A stretch of 63,395 nucleotides of DNA, filler included, from Pelomyxa schiedti (lineage: Eukaryota > Protista > Evosea): NCBI GenBank assembly GCA_020536535.1. It is 16 parts of 16 records of this genome, joined end to end, with 100 filler letters (N's around TTAATTAATTAA, not from the genome) between each part and the next. Parts side by side here need not be neighbours in the genome. Positions count along the whole stretch, not along the records: positions 56,614 to 60,474 come from JAHLWZ010001668.1; positions 60,575 to 61,631 come from JAHLWZ010002912.1; positions 61,732 to 63,395 come from JAHLWZ010002352.1; 13 more parts are not named here. One strand, 5' to 3'. Below the pieces are notes generated by a model, which had not been told where the DNA came from, ran no database searches, and saw only the letters and a program-made list of their open reading frames with translations. The position numbers and the translations under genes are program-made. Of this stretch, positions 58,733 through 63,395 are shown piece by piece (the first letter of the stretch is position 1; each line of letters opens with the position of its first letter).

Positions 58733-60064
58733 TTAGAACCAGCAAGAGAAGGGTGTGGTGAGGCTTATTGCTGCAAATTCAGGGATATTGACGGTGAGGA
58801 CAACAAACCCTGACATGGGCACAATGACCTCAATTCTGTTGGTCAGCACCTTGAAGATGAATCCTGACTGCGCCAACAATCCCACAACCTTGTTTTCCTT
58901 GTTGGGTGCCTTGGTTTCCGGGAGATTCAGCGGGCAAACCATGTTGTCACGATGGTATATCTTGTACGACAATGTGCGGTGCTTTGTGAACAAGCCCACA
59001 CAGAACAGCGAATCAGACAAGCGGAACACATCTTCCACGTTGTCGCCCTCCTGGACAAGAAGGTATCTGCACCTTCCAGAGCACTCGTCGACGCGGAAAA
59101 CCTCGTAAGTGGAGTGGCTGCACACGGTCTTCACAATGAAGGTGCGTGACCTATAGGCAGGGGATTCGTGATCCCAGTTCCTCATCACAACGAGAGAAAC
59201 GAACGAGTGGCCGTGCGGCAAAGTCCACGCCGTAGTGCTCAGCAGAACCAGGCTCTTGCTCTTGTAGGTCTGCTCCACGTCCACAACAAAAATCACAGCG
59301 CCGCTCTCTGTGAAGTGCACTACAACGAACGCACTCTCGTCAGACGGGTCAGAATACACGCGGAACAAGCTGGAGCTCACCAGCGAGACCATTGGCAATC
59401 CAACGGCCACTGTCCGCCCAATCGCGTCCCCGTCCACACCATCGTAGCGATCGTGCTGCCCAGGGATCCCGGCCAGGGAGGCCACGGCCAGCGTGCAGGA
59501 CCTGACGGCCGGGCGCCTGTCGAACGAGACGCAGGCGGCCCACCGCGCGGTCGCCGCGAACTCGTCCATCGAGCACCTGGGGCTGCTCCACACGGGGCAC
59601 TTGGCGCCGGTCGGCAGGTCCCTGACCACAAGCACCGTGCCGCCGGGCAGGAACGCCCGCTCGGCGAACCGGCGGGCGTCGACCCACGCGCCCGAGTTGC
59701 CGCGGGCGGGCGCGGCGGCGGGCCCGCGGGCGACGCTGGCCAGCAGCGGGGAGGCCACCAGGGAGAGCGTGAGGCTGCGGCGCCGCAGGCAGGCGGGGCC
59801 GCGCGGGGCGCACTCGACCTCGAGGACGAAGCGCGTGAGGGTGGGGGCCACCCACTCGTGCCACAGGGCGCGGACCAGCGCGGCGGCTTGGTCGCGGCCC
59901 ATGACGCGGAGCAGGGCGCTGCCGGCGCCGCACCGCGCGATCACGGCCCCCGCGGCGAGGGCGCCGAGCTGCCCGCGCGTCGTCGTAGGCTCCTCGCCGC
60001 TGGTGTCTGGGGAAATGTCGAAGTAAGTGTCGGAGGTGACGCCGGTTACGTTCCACGTTGCCAT
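58733..60064 (-). CDS. Family A protein (intronless)
   Basis: TRGQLGALAAGAVIARCG...RALWHEWV...ASPLLASV...VDVEQTY...SDSLFCV...SGFIF. Confidence 0.8.
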   Translation of the reverse strand: MATWNVTGVTSDTYFDISPDTSGEEPTTTRGQLGALAAGAVIARCGAGSALLRVMGRDQAAALVRALWHEWVAPTLTRFVLEVECAPRGPACLRRRSLTLSLVASPLLASVARGPAAAPARGNSGAWVDARRFAERAFLPGGTVLVVRDLPTGAKCPVWSSPRCSMDEFAATARWAACVSFDRRPAVRSCTLAVASLAGIPGQHDRYDGVDGDAIGRTVAVGLPMVSLVSSSLFRVYSDPSDESAFVVVHFTESGAVIFVVDVEQTYKSKSLVLLSTTAWTLPHGHSFVSLVVMRNWDHESPAYRSRTFIVKTVCSHSTYEVFRVDECSGRCRYLLVQEGDNVEDVFRLSDSLFCVGLFTKHRTLSYKIYHRDNMVCPLNLPETKAPNKENKVVGLLAQSGFIFKVLTNRIEVIVPMSGFVVLTVNIPEFAAISLTTPFSCWF

Positions 60065-60235
60065 TCGGTTTTCCACAAAAAAGGAAACTACCCAGACAGA
60101 TGTGTTTCTTACGGGGATTCCACCTGTTGACAATCCCACAGGCCCACCCACGATTGGGCCAGCTCCTCCTACACCCACCATTGTTGGAGAGACCGCCCTA
60201 CCAATCAAAGAGTTGTGATTGTCCGTGGGTGCATA

Positions 60236-60474
60236 ATGTCAGGCAGCGGGGCCGACGAAACGGTGTCGGGAGGGGCATCGTCATGCACCAGCAGTAGCAG
60301 TAGCAGTGCGCCCACCACCACGACGACCACGGCGGCGGCATCGTCCTCGGCCGCGGGGGTGGGGGAGTACGACGAGGGGCGGGTGAGGGAGGCGACCAAG
60401 GAGGCGGAGCCTACGACGACGCGCGGGCAGCTCGGCGCCCTCGCCGCGGGGGCCGTGATCGCGCGGTGCGGCGC
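60236..60474 (+). CDS. Family A protein N-terminus (partial), head-to-head with the previous gene
   Basis: EPTTTRGQLGALAAGAVIARCG. Confidence 0.6.
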
Positions 60475-60760
60475 NNNNNNNNNNNNNNNNNNNNNNNNNN
60501 NNNNNNNNNNNNNNNNNNTTAATTAATTAANNNNNNNNNNNNNNNNNNNNNNNNNNNNNNNNNNNNNNNNNNNNTCCTTACGATGTCGCCACAAGCCCCA
60601 CACGTTGCAATCCACACAATCAACGCCTTTGGACTCACGTTCAACGAGTTCCGTGATTATGTACACAGGACCTTGATTCATAGCACCATTGCCTCCCTCT
60701 CTTCCGGTCGATTCCCAGAAATCCATCAACATCCGTCTCTTCACCAAGAATATATCCACG

Positions 60761-61631
60761 ATGTCGTCACAACAACGCACCACACTGCCGTCTAAACGGG
60801 ACGATGATCATGGTGGCATAATCGACAGGCTTCTCGTTGTGTCGCGAGTCGTCTGGGACCACGTTGTGTCGCCGGGGTGGCTCGACGGCCCCAGGGACTC
60901 GCGAGGGCACACCAAGCCCGACGCCCTCGAGCGCCGCCACGCCGACCTGTTCCGGGCGGCCGAGGCGATGTTCCCCATCGTGGGGCTCGTGTGCCGCAGG
61001 GCCCTCGCGTACGACCCCCGGTGGGCCGCAGGCGTCGGCAGCTACGAAGCCATCCAGACCGCGGCGTCTGTGCCGGCGCCGTCGTGCGTGGCGTGGATCA
61101 TCGACAACAGGCACGTGCGCGGCAAGATCGGCAACGAGATCGGGGAGCTGTTCCCAGGTGGCGGCGTGCTGCTCCTGCAGGAGAATGTAATGCAACTGCG
61201 GCCATCCGATTGTGGAGTAGAGGCAGAAGAAGCAGAACCAGGGGAGACAAGTATCAGCAGTGTGGGAGGAATGGCTTCTCATGCCGATTCCGATAGAATA
61301 GGGCCAAATGCGCGGAGCTGTTGTGATGGGGATTTTGGCGTTGGCGTTGTTGTTGTGAAGGAAGTGAGTGCGACTGTGGTTGGGCTGTTGGTTGGTGGAC
61401 ACGTGGGTATGGCCGGTTCCCTGTTGGGTGGTGCTCGTGGTGGGGAAGGGTGCCAGCTGCCGCGACTGTGGGATGGGAGACGTGTTGCTTGGTGGGAGAG
61501 TGCTTTCCAAACTGTGAATGGGAGTGGGAGCGGTCTTGAGCGTGTATCTGCACTGAGGGCAAAGGTAATTGAATACCTGAGAGCGTCGGGTGAGTATTTA
61601 TGCTTCGCGCTGCGTGTGTGTGGTGCTGAGA
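60761..61631 (+). CDS. Family B protein N-terminus (partial)
   Basis: VSRVVWDHVV...AAEAMFPIVGLVCR...CVAWII...GLLVGGHVGMA, collinear with the gene at 22607. Confidence 0.8.
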
Positions 61632-61731
61632 NNNNNNNNNNNNNNNNNNNNNNNNNNNNNNNNNNNNNNNNNNNNTTAATTAATTAANNNNNNNNNNNNN
61701 NNNNNNNNNNNNNNNNNNNNNNNNNNNNNNN

Positions 61732-62037
61732 AAAGGACAGTGCCACGTTGCGGGTGTTCAGTTCTTCGGAGTCCCGAACAGAAAAAAGAGCGGCTTCGGG
61801 TGTATTCACCTGCTTGAACACTACGGCCCCATGTGCGGCATCAGACCAAGAATTCGCCGCTTTGAGCACCGCCGCGGAAGTGCAGTTCTCGCATCCTGGG
61901 ACGAAGTACCAGGTGAGGTTTTTTGCCTGGGCACCATCCCACTTGTCGGAGGCTATGAGGGCCGCGCTATCGCCCCGTTCTCTCTGACGAACGGAAAGGC
62001 ACTGCGAGCAGGTCGTTGAGGTGAGTTGCCGGTCCAT
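61732..62037 (-). CDS. Possible metzincin (matrixin/astacin-like) protease N-terminal part, partial
   Basis: KW...NLTWYF...AVLKAANSWS...VVFKQV pattern; any HExxH motif would lie beyond the gap. Confidence 0.4.
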
Positions 62038-63395
62038 TGTCCTGGCGTTGTGGGTTACCGAAAAAACTTTCTCTGTGCTTCCGAAAAGGCACAAATTTTT
62101 CTCCGCTGGACATCCTGTATTTTTAGGTTTTTTTTCCGGGGTTGTAAACCTCCATTGGAACTAACGACAGACCGCACAGTAGCGGCCCTTTTCCCCTCCC
62201 TGAAGGCCCTTTTAGCCCCAGAAGGGACTTCGTTTTTAGCTGGCAATTCTGGGGGGCTCCAGTCCCAGTCACCCCCCAAAAATGGGGATCAAATAACTCC
62301 AATTTCTTGGTTTTTGACACAACGCTGTGGATTGTACCATTCTGCGAAATCTGTTACTAACATGTGTTCCGGAGCCAAGGTTTTAACGCTTTCGGGGTCG
62401 TTTTGGCTGAGGTGCTGTGGCAGTCTCCTTGGGAATGGGTGTCACTTGTGAAGCTGAAGGTCTGCGTTTGTGTGGCTGTTGCTGAGGAACAGCTTGCAAT
62501 TTTCTTTGATAGAAGCCACCGCTGTTTTTGTTGTTTCCATGTTTCCAGTTTTTGCAGCCCAGTCAGAGATGGCTTTCCTTCATGCATTTGCAGATGACTT
62601 TCCTGCAAGCTGTAGGTCTGTGTCAGTGAGATGCAGTGCAGCTTGTAATGTCACCAGCAATTCAGAAGAGAAATGAGAAATCCCCAGATATGCTATAAAC
62701 AGTTAAAACAGAAAAAAAACCTGTGGTACCTACCCTTTTTTGGTGGTTTTAGCACTGAAGTTGTTGTGGTTGTCACAGGTGGAGTTTGAGGTCCTTCTTG
62801 AACACCACATGTTGGTAGGAGTTGTATGTCATCATCTCTTAGAGGTGGTGGAGTTATTGGTACCAACACAACAAGAGGAACTGTATGTTTTGGTGGGGGA
62901 AATTGGAATTGGTTGCTGGCTTCATAGCTCTTATCAAGTGCATTGATAAGGGCAAGATTGAGAACATGGAGATCAGAAGGTAACTTCATGTCACCCAAGA
63001 CATTGTGCAAAGAAGTGAAAAGGATGTTGAAGCAGTTGACACAGTGGTAGAGATTGCAGGTTGCCAAACAGTTGAGTAAACCATTGGTTGATCCGTAACA
63101 GACAAAGCCCTTGGAGGAGGGGGCATCAGTGTGTCAAAATGTGACACAGATTGTTGAGAATGACTTTGGTCACCTCTCTTGTTTGAAGTCAGCAATCACG
63201 CACCACTAACCACGAATCTCCACCTGGTTTGCCCTGATTCTGAGACCCTGGTGAGGAGATTTCGAATTTTCTTGTGTTTTTTGGAGTTGGTTTGAGCCCC
63301 AAAAGTAAGTTACAGAAATTTCTTGAGGAAGGAAACAAGGTTGTCTATGCCAGTGAGGACTCCAGAGGGGTCACTCGTCCTCTCTTCAGGGGTCA

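Noticed and set aside
59168-60130. Long antisense and alternative-frame ORFs in GC-rich regions (also 4478, 18528, 22676, 48409)
   Set aside because: Shadows of GC-rich coding sequence
21180-61687. Recurrent TTAATTAATTAA as a biological repeat
   Set aside because: Always centred in fixed-length N runs, so it is an artificial linker
62357-63395. Short ORFs at the window end
   Set aside because: Fragmented and decayed; cannot be assigned

Overview
Eukaryotic draft-genome window made of about 16 contigs joined by artificial N-TTAATTAATTAA-N linkers, so adjacency across linkers carries no meaning. The DNA is gene-dense with short introns. Gene families and style suggest an amoebozoan protist, possibly Pelomyxa/Archamoebae (inference). 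It holds intron-rich conserved genes: LCMT1, PDCD5, C9orf78/Tls1, HROB/MCM8IP, a CENP-C-like cupin and an F-box+cyclin fusion. It also holds ankyrin, Sel1, MORN, B-box and ZZ proteins, Ty3/gypsy LTR elements, solo-LTR-like repeats and a LINE fragment. The main signal is an expanded, mostly intronless family (family A, about 14 copies or fragments). Each copy joins a conserved N-terminal module (AR[D/E/A]QF.A...[GHN]RCG..SP.R.LP..L..[IL]W) to a fast-diversifying beta-rich body, and a related helix heads an ankyrin-like family B. Also notable: hairpin-ended TG..CA elements with no visible target-site duplication, a textbook -1 frameshift signal in a gypsy element, and strong CpG-decay signatures. 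All calls were made by eye, with no searches run.
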